IMG/VR virus record: IMGVR_UViG_3300021520_000002
Coordinates: 62,001 to 126,000 of that record
Strand: one strand, 5' to 3'
DNA length: 64,000 nucleotides
In this document: in pieces, positions 39,527 through 49,614 of the stretch
Layout of the letters: each line of letters opens with the position of its first letter
Numbering within the stretch: the stretch's first letter is position 1
Position numbers and translations under genes: made by a program
The notes under the pieces: generated by a model
Database searches by the model: none
Told to the model about the DNA's origin: nothing
What the model saw: the letters and a program-made list of their open reading frames with translations, nothing else

Positions 39527-41194
39527 GTGGCTAATGAACTTTCAACAACTCTAATAGAAACAAAAACAATCACAATTGATCAAATTAGAAATTTTTTTGA
39601 TCAACATATTAAAACTTATTATCCTTATAGAGATGATAAAGTCTATTCAACTTTAATTTCTAATTTGGTGGAATATTATTATAATAATATGTATAATGTT
39701 ATTCCACAAGAGTTAAAAGAGTTTATTGAACAATATAATATTGATAATGTTGATTTATATGATAGACTTCTTGTTGATATTGGTGTTCCAAATACACTAA
39801 TTCAACAACTTACATATAATGAAAAGTCTATTTTTTTAAAAAGTCTTGTTGATTTTTATCAGTATAAATCAACTTTAAAATTTGTTCAAAATGTTGGAGA
39901 AGCTTATATTGAAACTGATAGAATAAATATTTATGAACTTTATATTGATTATGATTTTGCACGTGAACAACCATGGGTATTAAAACCTATAAATATTCAT
40001 CATCATGATCAAGTTAATTTAACTGAAGAATCGTTAGATTATATTGATGCTTATGAGAGAATTCCATCATTATTAATTGATCCAGAAAGACTTAGTGTTA
40101 TGAGAGATGATAATCAACTTGTTTTGCCGATAAAATCAAATATATTGTTTCTCGATTACACTTTATCTACTGATGTTAGTACATTATATTCTTTAATTGT
40201 TGTGACATTTTTAAAAGAGTATAAGAACACTTATATTGAATTATATTTTGCCGATGGAACATCAATTTCATCTAAATTAGGTTCAATTCTTTTTGCTTGG
40301 TTTTATTTAATTAGTCAATATCATAATTATGATTGGCCTGCAATCGGAAACGATCCAATATATATTCCAGTAATGTTAACAATGTTATATGATAGTCCAA
40401 CATATCCTTATTCTATTACTGATTTAGATGGATTAATAACTGATTATAACAACATAACAACAATTACTGAAAGAGATGATTTTTATAAAGATAAACTTGC
40501 TATGAAATTTTATACTATTCCTATTGTAACATTTCAAGCAATTACACTTATAGAAATGCAAGGAATACTTAGAGTTTTAGATTCAGAATTAGGTTCATAT
40601 TTAGATTTAAAAATAAGTGAATCTGTATCAAGTATTGAAGATCTTTTAACAAATATATATACATCGTTAAATGTATATATAAATAGTTCATTAACACCAT
40701 CAGATTTTAAAAAATATTCTGAATATTTTATAAAATTTTTACCACAAATTATAGAAAATCCAACATTAACACCTACTTATAAAATTTTACAAATTCTTAA
40801 ACCATTTCATGTCGAATTGTATACTAGATTTCAAGAAATAATTTCATGTGATGATAAGTTTAATTCTATTTGGTTTGAAACTGGTGATGTTAATTATAGA
40901 TTTCTTTATAATGCAGCAAGTGTTTTTAATGCATCTGATATTTCAATATTTTCAACAGTAATGGCAAGTCAAAATGATGTTCTTTCAATTATAGATAGTT
41001 ATACTATTACAGATAGTATAGATTGGGTTGATAATCATTTTTATGATATTGATAAAGGAGTTAATATTACAGGTGTTGGTGATTATATTGCAGTAGTAGC
41101 TGGAATTAGTGGTTTAGTAGCTCCAACTTGGACTACTACTACTGGTGATATAATTGTTGATAATACAGTTCAATGGATGTGCATATCAGTTTAA
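39527..41194 (+). CDS. baseplate wedge protein (gp7-like)
   Basis: LVDFYQYKST and LKPFHVE motifs; GTG 39527 after GGAG (ORF track 39500). Confidence 0.6.
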   Translation: MANELSTTLIETKTITIDQIRNFFDQHIKTYYPYRDDKVYSTLISNLVEYYYNNMYNVIPQELKEFIEQYNIDNVDLYDRLLVDIGVPNTLIQQLTYNEKSIFLKSLVDFYQYKSTLKFVQNVGEAYIETDRINIYELYIDYDFAREQPWVLKPINIHHHDQVNLTEESLDYIDAYERIPSLLIDPERLSVMRDDNQLVLPIKSNILFLDYTLSTDVSTLYSLIVVTFLKEYKNTYIELYFADGTSISSKLGSILFAWFYLISQYHNYDWPAIGNDPIYIPVMLTMLYDSPTYPYSITDLDGLITDYNNITTITERDDFYKDKLAMKFYTIPIVTFQAITLIEMQGILRVLDSELGSYLDLKISESVSSIEDLLTNIYTSLNVYINSSLTPSDFKKYSEYFIKFLPQIIENPTLTPTYKILQILKPFHVELYTRFQEIISCDDKFNSIWFETGDVNYRFLYNAASVFNASDISIFSTVMASQNDVLSIIDSYTITDSIDWVDNHFYDIDKGVNITGVGDYIAVVAGISGLVAPTWTTTTGDIIVDNTVQWMCISV

Positions 41195-41227
41195 TAAAAA
41201 ATATAAAATTTGCTGGAGGTTCCAGTT

Positions 41228-41950
41228 GTGTTAAATCATATTATATCTGCAGAAGATGATCTTAGAATTTTTGATAAATTAGCGTTAGAAATGAGAAAAA
41301 ATCCAGGAAGAGGTCCAATTGGTTGGGTTCAAATTTTTCTCCAAACAAAGAAAGGTCTTATTTATGATGAAGGTTCAAATCTTGTTAGTGCACGAGGTCG
41401 TGAATTTGTTGCACAAAGAACATTTAACATCACCAATTATAATGGTGGTTTAAGAACTGATTGGAGAAAACATATAGTAACACATTATGGGGTTGGGTCT
41501 GGTGGATCAACAATAACTGGAGGTGGAGTTGTTTCATTATTAGGTCCATACATATGTGATACACAATTAATTACAGCAATAGATCTTGGTGAAAGTGGTT
41601 ATTTAACTGAGCCAGGTGGAATAACTAATGCTGTTAAACCAATTACAGCAGATGGTGGATCAATGGTTTTAGAAGTTCAAAATTATACTGGTGGAGTAGT
41701 TTCATGTGATTATTACACCAAAATAAAGAATACTTGTATAATTCCATCAGGTCAACCAACTAGTTTAGCTGCTGGAGATTCAGTTAAAGTTGATGAAGCT
41801 GCTCTTTATTTTGTTTTGAATTCAGCAGTTGATCCAGATGTAGATCCACCAATATACTCAGATCCGAATTTATTTGCTCATATTTGTTTTGCTCCAAAGT
41901 GGAAAGAAAAAGAGAGTACTTTAACAATTGTTTGGTATATTTTATGTTAA
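41228..41950 (+). CDS. baseplate/tail-fibre attachment protein
   Basis: NLVSARGREF, YGVGSGG, VDEAALY, LFAHICF, LTIVWYI; GTG 41228 after GGAGG (ORF track 41210). Confidence 0.6.
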   Translation: MLNHIISAEDDLRIFDKLALEMRKNPGRGPIGWVQIFLQTKKGLIYDEGSNLVSARGREFVAQRTFNITNYNGGLRTDWRKHIVTHYGVGSGGSTITGGGVVSLLGPYICDTQLITAIDLGESGYLTEPGGITNAVKPITADGGSMVLEVQNYTGGVVSCDYYTKIKNTCIIPSGQPTSLAAGDSVKVDEAALYFVLNSAVDPDVDPPIYSDPNLFAHICFAPKWKEKESTLTIVWYILC

Positions 41951-41952
41951 TA

Positions 41953-41989
41953 AACTTTTATATTTTTTCCCGGTAAAATATAAAAAGTT
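41953..41989 (+). terminator. AT-rich hairpin before the sheath gene
   Basis: AACTTTTATATTTT...AAAATATAAAAAGTT. Confidence 0.5.
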
Positions 41990-42024
41990 ATTTATTTCGA
42001 AATTTTTAATTAAGGAGAGTTAAT

Positions 42025-44253
42025 ATGCCTGTTACTGATAGGAGAGAACCAGCTGTATATGTGACAATAGAAGATGCCTCCTATGCAGCACCAGCTTTAG
42101 AATTAGGTAGAGTTGGTTATGTTGCAACGGTTTGTGATCATGGTGAGCATAATAAAATATTGACAATAACAGCTCGTGATGAATTTCATAAAAAATTAGG
42201 TAAACCAAATTTTAGAAAGACAAGTCAAGCTCATTACTTGATTGATAAGTTTTTACAGTACTCAAATAAGTGTTTGGTTGTGCGAGTTATGCCTGATGAT
42301 GCACATTTATCTAATAGTATAATTGAAGAATCAACAGCTTCTGTAAAAATTATGAAATCTGATGGTGTAAATGAAGCTTCGTTTACGTTTATATCTGCAG
42401 TAAGCACATCTATATGGCAAGAAAGTCATGCTTATACTGCTGGTGCTATAGTAACTGTTTCTGATATTTTAAATTTTATTTATATTGCTGAAACTACTGG
42501 AACAACTGGGTCTTCTCGTCCAGGTTGGCCAATATCACCATCAGTAACTGTTGATGATGGTTCAGTTCGATGGAGATGTGAATTAAATCCTTATAATATT
42601 GTAACATGTACAGATTCAAATTCTTATGATGTTGTTTCTGTTGGTACTTGGATTTTTGCTGAAGATGATAGTCCTTCTAATGCAGCCCAAGTAGTTTCAA
42701 AAACAAATGTTGGTGGTTATTATTTAACAATTGATAGAAATTATGATGGAACTGCTCCAGTTGGACCACCATCTCTAGGATATTCATGTACTCCTTATTA
42801 TCAATGGAGTGATACATCAATATCATCAACAGCTGATTTTAATGTTTTATCAAGTACAGTTGTTTGGTATTTTTATGCAAAAGGTGCTGGATCTTATTAT
42901 AATAATATAACACTTAAAGGTGTCAGAAATGTACAGATGGAAAAAATGTACACGGATGATAATGGTGAAGTTAAATATCCTTATCTTTTTATGGATGTTG
43001 GAATTTATTATGTTAATGATGATAATACTGAATCTTTATTAGAAGGACCATGGACTGTATCATTGATTCGTAGAACAGAAAATGGTTCTATTATTCGTGA
43101 CATTACTAGTGGTCAAGTTTTATATATTGAAGATGTTATAAATCAATCAAGTGATTATCTTGGAGTCATTTCTGCTGATGGGGTAAATCAATTAATAAAT
43201 GCTACAGACGCTGCTGAAAGGCGTCTTGAAGTTATGTTAATTCTTAGCATAACTGGAACAACTATAACCTCAGCTGGAAATATTGCTGATGGTGGATTAG
43301 TTTTTCTAAATGGAGCGGATGGTACGGTAGATACTGCTAGAACAAAGCAAATGTATAATTCAGATACTGGTTATCTTGAAACAGATAATGATTATCTTAT
43401 GGCACTAGTTACTCAAGCTTATAATGGAACATTAACATCAACAGATGGTTCAGTTGAACAAATTCCAGAATGTGTCTACCCTTGGTACGACATTGATTAT
43501 GTTCTTACAGGTGGATACCCAGCGGCAGTTCAGTATGGTGGAAGAACTCTTGCTGATATTAGACAGGATTGTGTACATCTTGCAGATACTGGTAGTTTAA
43601 TAACAAACTATCAGGATGATATAACCGCAAGGTTAGAAAGTGTTGACTGGAATAATTGGACGTCAATGTTATATGTTCAGTATCGAAGAATTTTTGATAC
43701 TTTTACTGGTGAATATTTATGGATAAATCCAGTATATCATGCTATTGAAAGGCATTTATATTGTGATGCAGTTTATTTCTTAGCTGAGCCAGTTGCCGGT
43801 ATTGAGAAAGGTGCAATTAGTGAAAAGATTGATCTTGCATATAAAGGAAATCACACCCAGCGTGGTGATTTGCAGGATAAAAATCTTAATATGGTTATTG
43901 TAGAACCTCAGGGTAAATATATATTAACTCAGTTAACTACATGGAAAAGATTATCAGTTTTACAGAGAGGACATGTTGCTAAATTTGTTGCATATATTCG
44001 TAAAGAAATTCCTAAATTTCTCAAGGATATTTTACAGAGAAGAGCAACTTCTTATTGGATAGGTCAAGCACAATATCGGACCAGTGAATTTTTATCTAAA
44101 TTTTTAGAATCAAGTGTTGAAAGATATTCGGTTCTTAAAAGTTTCACTGTAAGTGTTGTTTTTGATGATGCTAGAAATGAATTAAATGTTTATGTTGATA
44201 TCACACCGATCAGATCAATTGAAAGAATTAATGTATTTATTATAGTTCATTAA
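42025..44253 (+). CDS. contractile tail sheath protein
   Basis: PAVYVTIED, LVVRV, AKGAGSYYN, PVAGIEKG, PIRSIERINV. Confidence 0.92.
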   Translation: MPVTDRREPAVYVTIEDASYAAPALELGRVGYVATVCDHGEHNKILTITARDEFHKKLGKPNFRKTSQAHYLIDKFLQYSNKCLVVRVMPDDAHLSNSIIEESTASVKIMKSDGVNEASFTFISAVSTSIWQESHAYTAGAIVTVSDILNFIYIAETTGTTGSSRPGWPISPSVTVDDGSVRWRCELNPYNIVTCTDSNSYDVVSVGTWIFAEDDSPSNAAQVVSKTNVGGYYLTIDRNYDGTAPVGPPSLGYSCTPYYQWSDTSISSTADFNVLSSTVVWYFYAKGAGSYYNNITLKGVRNVQMEKMYTDDNGEVKYPYLFMDVGIYYVNDDNTESLLEGPWTVSLIRRTENGSIIRDITSGQVLYIEDVINQSSDYLGVISADGVNQLINATDAAERRLEVMLILSITGTTITSAGNIADGGLVFLNGADGTVDTARTKQMYNSDTGYLETDNDYLMALVTQAYNGTLTSTDGSVEQIPECVYPWYDIDYVLTGGYPAAVQYGGRTLADIRQDCVHLADTGSLITNYQDDITARLESVDWNNWTSMLYVQYRRIFDTFTGEYLWINPVYHAIERHLYCDAVYFLAEPVAGIEKGAISEKIDLAYKGNHTQRGDLQDKNLNMVIVEPQGKYILTQLTTWKRLSVLQRGHVAKFVAYIRKEIPKFLKDILQRRATSYWIGQAQYRTSEFLSKFLESSVERYSVLKSFTVSVVFDDARNELNVYVDITPIRSIERINVFIIVH

Positions 44254-44259
44254 TGTTAA

Positions 44260-44297
44260 AAATCGGCAAGATCTATATTACAAGATCTTGCCGATTT
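44260..44297. repeat. intergenic palindrome copy 6
   Basis: AAATCGGCAAGATCTATATTACAAGATCTTGCCGATTT. Confidence 0.95.
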
Positions 44298-44322
44298 AAC
44301 AATTTACTTAAGGAGAATTTTT

Positions 44323-45132
44323 ATGGCTGATGCAACTTCTATTATAAGTAGGCTTGCAACCAGATTTAATAATGCTATTAAAGACCGTGACAAGCCAGAT
44401 TTTTTAACTCGTGATATCGGTGGTCAATGGAGAACAAATCAACCTTACATCTCAGGATATTTTCAGTTAGTATTTGGATTGCCACAGATTCTTTTTGATG
44501 GTGCTGATAATGCAGCTGTTGCCGCTAGATGGTTACATAGTACTTGTGAAGGGTTTACACCTCATACACAAAGTATTACAAAAATAGATATCATGGGACA
44601 AGGTCAGATTGGTTCTTCATATATTGCCAATATGATAACTACAAGAGAATTTTCTACAACTTTTAGGGAGTATCAGAACTTACCAATGTTAAATATTATT
44701 AAACGTTGGAATCCTTTTGATCCTTTTACTGGTGTAAGTGCTCTTCAAGGAAATCAATTTATTCCTATCAATTATAAAGGCTGGTGTGCAGTCATTCAGA
44801 CTAAACCAGTTAAGTCTCAGAATCAGGATATTTCTGTTGCTGATATAGAAGAGTGTTATATTTATCAAGGTGTTTTTCCAACAAATCTTCCTGTTGATGC
44901 TTTTGCATCAGATATTACAGCGAATGATACATCCCAATTATCTATAACTTGGAGTTTTGATGGTGCGCCACTCACATCTGCTGAGACTGGTGTTGCAGAT
45001 AAATGTGTAAGTTTACTTAAAGATCTTAGATATATGGGTAGTGCAGATAGTACATTTGAACGTTATCTTTCTCATGGACAGTCATTAAGTCCTTGGGGAT
45101 CTAATAGCGGTCAAGTCGGTACAGTTGTCTAA
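44323..45132 (+). CDS. tail tube protein
   Basis: Follows the sheath gene; FSTTFREY, GVFPTNLP, LSITWSFDG. Confidence 0.8.
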   Translation: MADATSIISRLATRFNNAIKDRDKPDFLTRDIGGQWRTNQPYISGYFQLVFGLPQILFDGADNAAVAARWLHSTCEGFTPHTQSITKIDIMGQGQIGSSYIANMITTREFSTTFREYQNLPMLNIIKRWNPFDPFTGVSALQGNQFIPINYKGWCAVIQTKPVKSQNQDISVADIEECYIYQGVFPTNLPVDAFASDITANDTSQLSITWSFDGAPLTSAETGVADKCVSLLKDLRYMGSADSTFERYLSHGQSLSPWGSNSGQVGTVV

Positions 45133-45137
45133 AATTT

Positions 45138-45226
45138 GAGAGCATATTTTTGCTGTGTCTACGCCTCCCAGCAAACTCCTTCGCTCTCTTCCCCCGGACC
45201 TCTCCTTCGTCGGAGAGGTCCTTTTT
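45138..45226 (+). ncRNA. candidate 3'UTR structured RNA exposing an anti-RBS loop (UACGCCUCC)
   Basis: Nested stems GAGAGC/GCTCTC and TTTGCTG/CAGCAAA with loop TGTCTACGCCTCC, followed by a terminator. Confidence 0.4.
45196..45226 (+). terminator. intrinsic terminator at the strand switch
   Basis: GGACCTCTCC-ttcgtc-GGAGAGGTCC-TTTTT. Confidence 0.85.
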
Positions 45227-45539
45227 ACCGCAAATCTTTTGTGGTCTTATTTTCTTTATAATATTTGATCATATAATAAATTCTATAAGGTTGTAAACTC
45301 ATTAAAATACACAATATAGCTCCAAGAGGATGTTTTTTAAATCCAGCAATATTAGCATTTAATTCTCTTTTCCACACAATAATTTCTTTATCATTAACAT
45401 GATATGTTTCATGTTCAATTAAAAAATTTTGTACACATTTTGGTAGATCTCTTCTGATAGAAATATTTCCATCTAGATTTGAATTACCAAATTTTGGATA
45501 CAACTCTGATTTGGTTTTGAAATTAATTTTTATTTCCAT
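45225..45539 (-). CDS. small zincin-like (HExxH) protein
   Basis: FLIEHETYH...ELNAN; AGGAG RBS. Confidence 0.55.
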   Translation of the reverse strand: MEIKINFKTKSELYPKFGNSNLDGNISIRRDLPKCVQNFLIEHETYHVNDKEIIVWKRELNANIAGFKKHPLGAILCILMSLQPYRIYYMIKYYKENKTTKDLR

Positions 45540-45559
45540 TGAATTCTCCTAAAAAGAAA

Positions 45560-45598
45560 TTGGGTGACCCGAAGGTCACCCTTTGTTTATGCAATTTG
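45560..45598 (-). terminator. cUUCGg-loop terminator, 39-bp direct repeat copy A
   Basis: Minus strand GGGTGACC-TTCG-GGTCACCC then T-rich; repeated at 46850..46888 with one mismatch. Confidence 0.85.
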
Positions 45599-46183
45599 TA
45601 CATCTACTTTTTCTTCTAAAGGTTGTATTCCTTCCTTCAAAAGTTCTTCATCTGTCCATTTTTTACCAGAATCAATACATTTTACTTTAATTTTACCAAG
45701 ATAATATGGAAGATCTGCTTTTCTATTTTTCTTGGCGCACCATTGTTTTCCAAACTCTTCATCATTGAATGGAATCAGATCATCAATTCTCATCTCATAT
45801 GGAGGAGCGCCAGCGAAACATCCAGAATCCTGGAACAGACAGAATCGTTCAATAAAACCATCCTTGTCGACAAATATGTCTGATCCACCAAAGATTCCAT
45901 ATGGATAGAAATATCCACAATCTTTTAAAAAATCTTTAATAATCATATCTTCTGGATCAATTGTATCATCCAGAGTTAAAATTTTTCCATCTTTATTAAA
46001 ATATGAAGATGGAACATCTTTTTCAAATTCGATAACTATTTTCAGAAATTTTTGGTTTTGATATGTTTCAAAATCGAATTTTTCTTCTTTATTTATTTTT
46101 GTTTGTACAGCATCAATAACTTTACCATTTCCCAATTCTGGGTGAACTATTTTAACTCCTTTAAAAACATCTATAGCTTTCAT
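45587..46183 (-). CDS. hypothetical protein
   Basis: AAGGAGG RBS; 198 aa. Confidence 0.7.
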   Translation of the reverse strand: MKAIDVFKGVKIVHPELGNGKVIDAVQTKINKEEKFDFETYQNQKFLKIVIEFEKDVPSSYFNKDGKILTLDDTIDPEDMIIKDFLKDCGYFYPYGIFGGSDIFVDKDGFIERFCLFQDSGCFAGAPPYEMRIDDLIPFNDEEFGKQWCAKKNRKADLPYYLGKIKVKCIDSGKKWTDEELLKEGIQPLEEKVDVQIA

Positions 46184-46419
46184 AACTCCTCCTTAAATTC
46201 TCATATTAGCAGCAATACATGTTCCTGGTTTCTCTCGCTGAATGAATACAACACACCAATGTAATCTTTTTGCTTCTTTAAAAGCTTTAATAAAACCATC
46301 AAATGAAAATTCAAAATCTTGACATATATCATTGTATCCGAATACTTTATACATTTTTTCTCCTCCTTTCAATTTTCACATTTACGACATTCTTCGAGCT
46401 TCATTTTTTCTCCTTGAAT

Positions 46420-46749
46420 TCAAACCAATTTATTAATCATTTTTTTATCTATATCAGTTTCGGTTATATCTTTTAATCTTAATCCGGTTATATTTGCTAT
46501 TTCAAGCGCATTTGACTTCGGAATCATCCACATTCTGTAGAGATATCCAGTGTCTAAATTAAAATCTATTAACCCGGATTTCATTGTAGGGTGATACATC
46601 TTCCCATCGATAGATATGGGTAAAAATCTGGTTAATGCAATACAGACACATTCTCCTTCTGGAATAATTAATTTGACTCCATAAGTGCATTTTTCAGATA
46701 TTACATTATCACTCATTGCAGCTTTTCCTTCTTTAAATTCAATTATCAT
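46420..46749 (-). CDS. hypothetical protein
   Basis: AAGGAG RBS. Confidence 0.65.
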   Translation of the reverse strand: MIIEFKEGKAAMSDNVISEKCTYGVKLIIPEGECVCIALTRFLPISIDGKMYHPTMKSGLIDFNLDTGYLYRMWMIPKSNALEIANITGLRLKDITETDIDKKMINKLV

Positions 46750-46816
46750 TTTTATTCTCCTTCCTCCTTTAGAATTAATAAAGATATCTATTTCTAGACT
46801 CTTATTATACTTTATT

Positions 46817-46826
46817 ATTTCTATAT
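46817..46826 (-). promoter_or_regulatory. putative phage promoter motif ATATAGAAAT(AATAAA)
   Basis: Between a terminator and the next minus-strand gene. Confidence 0.55.
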
Positions 46827-46849
46827 GAGAAGATTAAAAACAAAAAAAT

Positions 46850-46888
46850 TTGGGTGACCCGAAGGTCACCCTTTGATTATGCAATTTG
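46850..46888 (-). terminator. cUUCGg-loop terminator, 39-bp direct repeat copy B
   Basis: Matches 45560..45598. Confidence 0.85.
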
Positions 46889-47498
46889 AATATTTGATAT
46901 TTGCTATATTATAAGCTATAGCTGCATCCTCTTTAACATCAAAATAACCTAAATGTATTCGTTTTTTATTAATACTAATTAAAGCTTTCCATTTTTTATG
47001 ATATTTATTCCAACTAACACCTTTATAACCATTATTATTTTGAATAGTTCTATTATTAATATTTTGCAATTTAGTACAAACTCTTAAATTCTCTTCAAGA
47101 TTATTTAATCTATTTCTATTTTTATGATCTATTTCATATCCTTCTGGTACTACTTGTCCAGACATAGAAATTATTGCTTGATGTAATCTTATATTATGTT
47201 GTATATTATCTATATTTGACCATGAAGTTGCAACATAATTTCCATCTGTTAATCCCCATTTGTATTTTTCTATTTCTGATTTATATTTAAGATCAAAAAT
47301 AGTTTCAGCAACTTCTTTACATTTTCGATTATATAATTTCATTCTACAAATATTATTTTCAACTATAATTTCATTTGGATCATATATTGTTCTTTCTAAT
47401 ATTTTACCATGAATTCGGATTTGTTGATAATGTTTACTACAATAATCTGTTTTTCCGTAACAATTTTTAACACATTTTTCAATAGAACAAATTTTCAT
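46866..47498 (-). CDS. free-standing HNH homing endonuclease with AP2 domain
   Basis: RLHQ...EIDHKNRNRLNNLEENLR; GYKGVSW...KWKA...HLGYF...AAIAYN. Confidence 0.88.
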   Translation of the reverse strand: MKICSIEKCVKNCYGKTDYCSKHYQQIRIHGKILERTIYDPNEIIVENNICRMKLYNRKCKEVAETIFDLKYKSEIEKYKWGLTDGNYVATSWSNIDNIQHNIRLHQAIISMSGQVVPEGYEIDHKNRNRLNNLEENLRVCTKLQNINNRTIQNNNGYKGVSWNKYHKKWKALISINKKRIHLGYFDVKEDAAIAYNIANIKYSNCIIKG

Positions 47499-47718
47499 AA
47501 TAACTCTCCATTAAATCATATTTATAAAGGTAGCCCAGTTTTTAACGTTCTTTTAAATCAGTACAATGTATTCCTTCATTGTTTTTTGAATTGATTTTAC
47601 ATCTATAATTTGATGAATCAAAAGTATTTGATTCTATAAATTCTCCATGTTCACAGGTTAAGCATAATTGTGAATCAGGCCAATCATATATAGTAACTAT
47701 ATAATACATTGTTTCTCC

Positions 47719-48261
47719 TTATAATATATTAATTATAGTTATGAATGTAATTACAACAAATATTCCAGTATGAAAACCTGCTGAAACCATTTTTGCTTCA
47801 CCTGATTCCCAATTATATCTTGGAACAAATTGAATTTTCATATTTCCATCTTTATCTTTTACTTCAATTTTTTCAGTCATATGAAATTTTCTAAATGACC
47901 AAATTAATAGAATTACAACAAATGTATATATAATAAATATCATAACAGTTCTTGCAATATCTCTACCAATAACTTTATATACTAATAGAAACATTGCTGT
48001 TTTTCCTACTGGTGTTTTAGCAAATTCGTTTATATTTGTATTTAAACTTTTTGCCATTTCATCAATAGCTTTTCCAATTTCTCTTCCAACTCCAACCCAA
48101 CTTTTAACATTTTCTGGAGTTGATTCTTGTTTTTTCTGACTATCAATAATTTCATTTCTTGCATCTTTACCTATTTTTGATAAATCAACTGTTACAGTTT
48201 GAGCAACTGAAAAAGTTGCTGATATCAAAATCAAACATATTACAAGGTTTATTATTTTCAT
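47719..48261 (-). CDS. membrane protein with signal peptide
   Basis: N-terminal signal peptide plus two or three hydrophobic helices. Confidence 0.7.
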   Translation of the reverse strand: MKIINLVICLILISATFSVAQTVTVDLSKIGKDARNEIIDSQKKQESTPENVKSWVGVGREIGKAIDEMAKSLNTNINEFAKTPVGKTAMFLLVYKVIGRDIARTVMIFIIYTFVVILLIWSFRKFHMTEKIEVKDKDGNMKIQFVPRYNWESGEAKMVSAGFHTGIFVVITFITIINIL

Positions 48262-48623
48262 TTTTTCTCCTCAACATCTACATATGAAACTGATTTAGCA
48301 ATTCTATCACAAGTACAAAGAGCAATTCTTTTTGTATCATATGTCACTTTTACTAATTTACCACTTACTGCCGCAGTTTTAAATATTTTTATCATATCTA
48401 AACTATTAGGTATAAGTACATGTACATCTTCAGTAGACATAGAACCTACTCCATTTCTCATAATACCCATACTAATATCAGCAGCAACATAATCTGGACA
48501 AATAATTGGTGTTTCATTTGTTACTTTTTTAACTTGACCTATTAATTCACTATCTCGTTGGGTATAACCACAACTACTAATTAATATGATCATTAAACAC
48601 ATTACAAACATTTTTATTTTCAT
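48258..48623 (-). CDS. putative lipoprotein
   Basis: Lipobox-like ISSC after a hydrophobic leader. Confidence 0.65.
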   Translation of the reverse strand: MKIKMFVMCLMIILISSCGYTQRDSELIGQVKKVTNETPIICPDYVAADISMGIMRNGVGSMSTEDVHVLIPNSLDMIKIFKTAAVSGKLVKVTYDTKRIALCTCDRIAKSVSYVDVEEKK

Positions 48624-49162
48624 TTTTTTATCCTGTCTATGAGATTTGTTATTTCTGTTTCTGAAACTGGTTTAAATCCCCACATTTCAACACCAACATT
48701 AATTACATTTTCTTGTATTAGAAATAGGTCATGAATATGACCACATATGAAAATTTTATTTCTATCAATACAACTAACACAAGGGTCGTGTACTAAAATA
48801 ACTTTATATTCTTCTCGATATAATGCTTCTTCATTTGTTATATTTAAATCTAATTCTAAAGCTGTATGAACAGTTTTAAATCCCATTCGAACATAATCAA
48901 ATGGTTTGAACTCATCATGATTACCAAGAATCAAATGATGAGTTCCATTTAACTGATCAAATATTCTTGTAATTATATTAAGTTCATAATGTCTTGCCAT
49001 TGCAAAATCACCAACACAATAAGTTACATCATCATCAGAAACAACATCATTAAAATTTCTGATTAAAGTTTTTGTCATTTCTTTGAGATTTCTAAATGGT
49101 CTTGATGCTAAAGTTAAAATTCCTTCATGATTGAAGTGAGAGTCAGACCAGTAATATTTCAT
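48620..49162 (-). CDS. calcineurin-like metallophosphoesterase
   Basis: SDSHF, VGDF, LGNHD, VH, GHIH, NVGVE. Confidence 0.9.
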   Translation of the reverse strand: MKYYWSDSHFNHEGILTLASRPFRNLKEMTKTLIRNFNDVVSDDDVTYCVGDFAMARHYELNIITRIFDQLNGTHHLILGNHDEFKPFDYVRMGFKTVHTALELDLNITNEEALYREEYKVILVHDPCVSCIDRNKIFICGHIHDLFLIQENVINVGVEMWGFKPVSETEITNLIDRIKK

Positions 49163-49431
49163 TCTTTCTCCTCAATTGTAGTCACAACAGTTTGAGCATT
49201 TTCTAATAGTTCTAAATGACCTACTTTACTTCTTTGTGTTCTACTAATTGTTTTAATATATTTTTCTTCTAATTGTAAAATTGTTGCATGATCAGGAGCA
49301 TCTGGATGTTTATATGTAACTTCTATAATTTCCACTAAATCAATTGAATTATATTCTAAGTTACTAGGTCTTGTATACCAAGCAATATGTTTTTCTTTTA
49401 TTTTTTGTTCTTCTTCGATATTGATTATCAT
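49159..49431 (-). CDS. hypothetical protein
   Basis: ATGA-coupled ORF. Confidence 0.6.
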   Translation of the reverse strand: MIINIEEEQKIKEKHIAWYTRPSNLEYNSIDLVEIIEVTYKHPDAPDHATILQLEEKYIKTISRTQRSKVGHLELLENAQTVVTTIEEKE

Positions 49432-49613
49432 TCTTTCTCCTTATAAGGATACATCTTCTCCATTTGAGCATAATAACGATCAACTCTAGATCGATCTATT
49501 TCTTTTTCAATATTACCAATTCTTCTTTCAATTTTATTTTTTTCTTTTCTTGACGCTAATCGTTTCATATTAATTAGTTCATTTTTTTGAACTACAAGAT
49601 TTGAAAGTGTCAT
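49428..49613 (-). CDS. hypothetical basic protein
   Basis: Tightly packed ORF. Confidence 0.55.
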   Translation of the reverse strand: MTLSNLVVQKNELINMKRLASRKEKNKIERRIGNIEKEIDRSRVDRYYAQMEKMYPYKEKE

Positions 49614-49614
49614 A

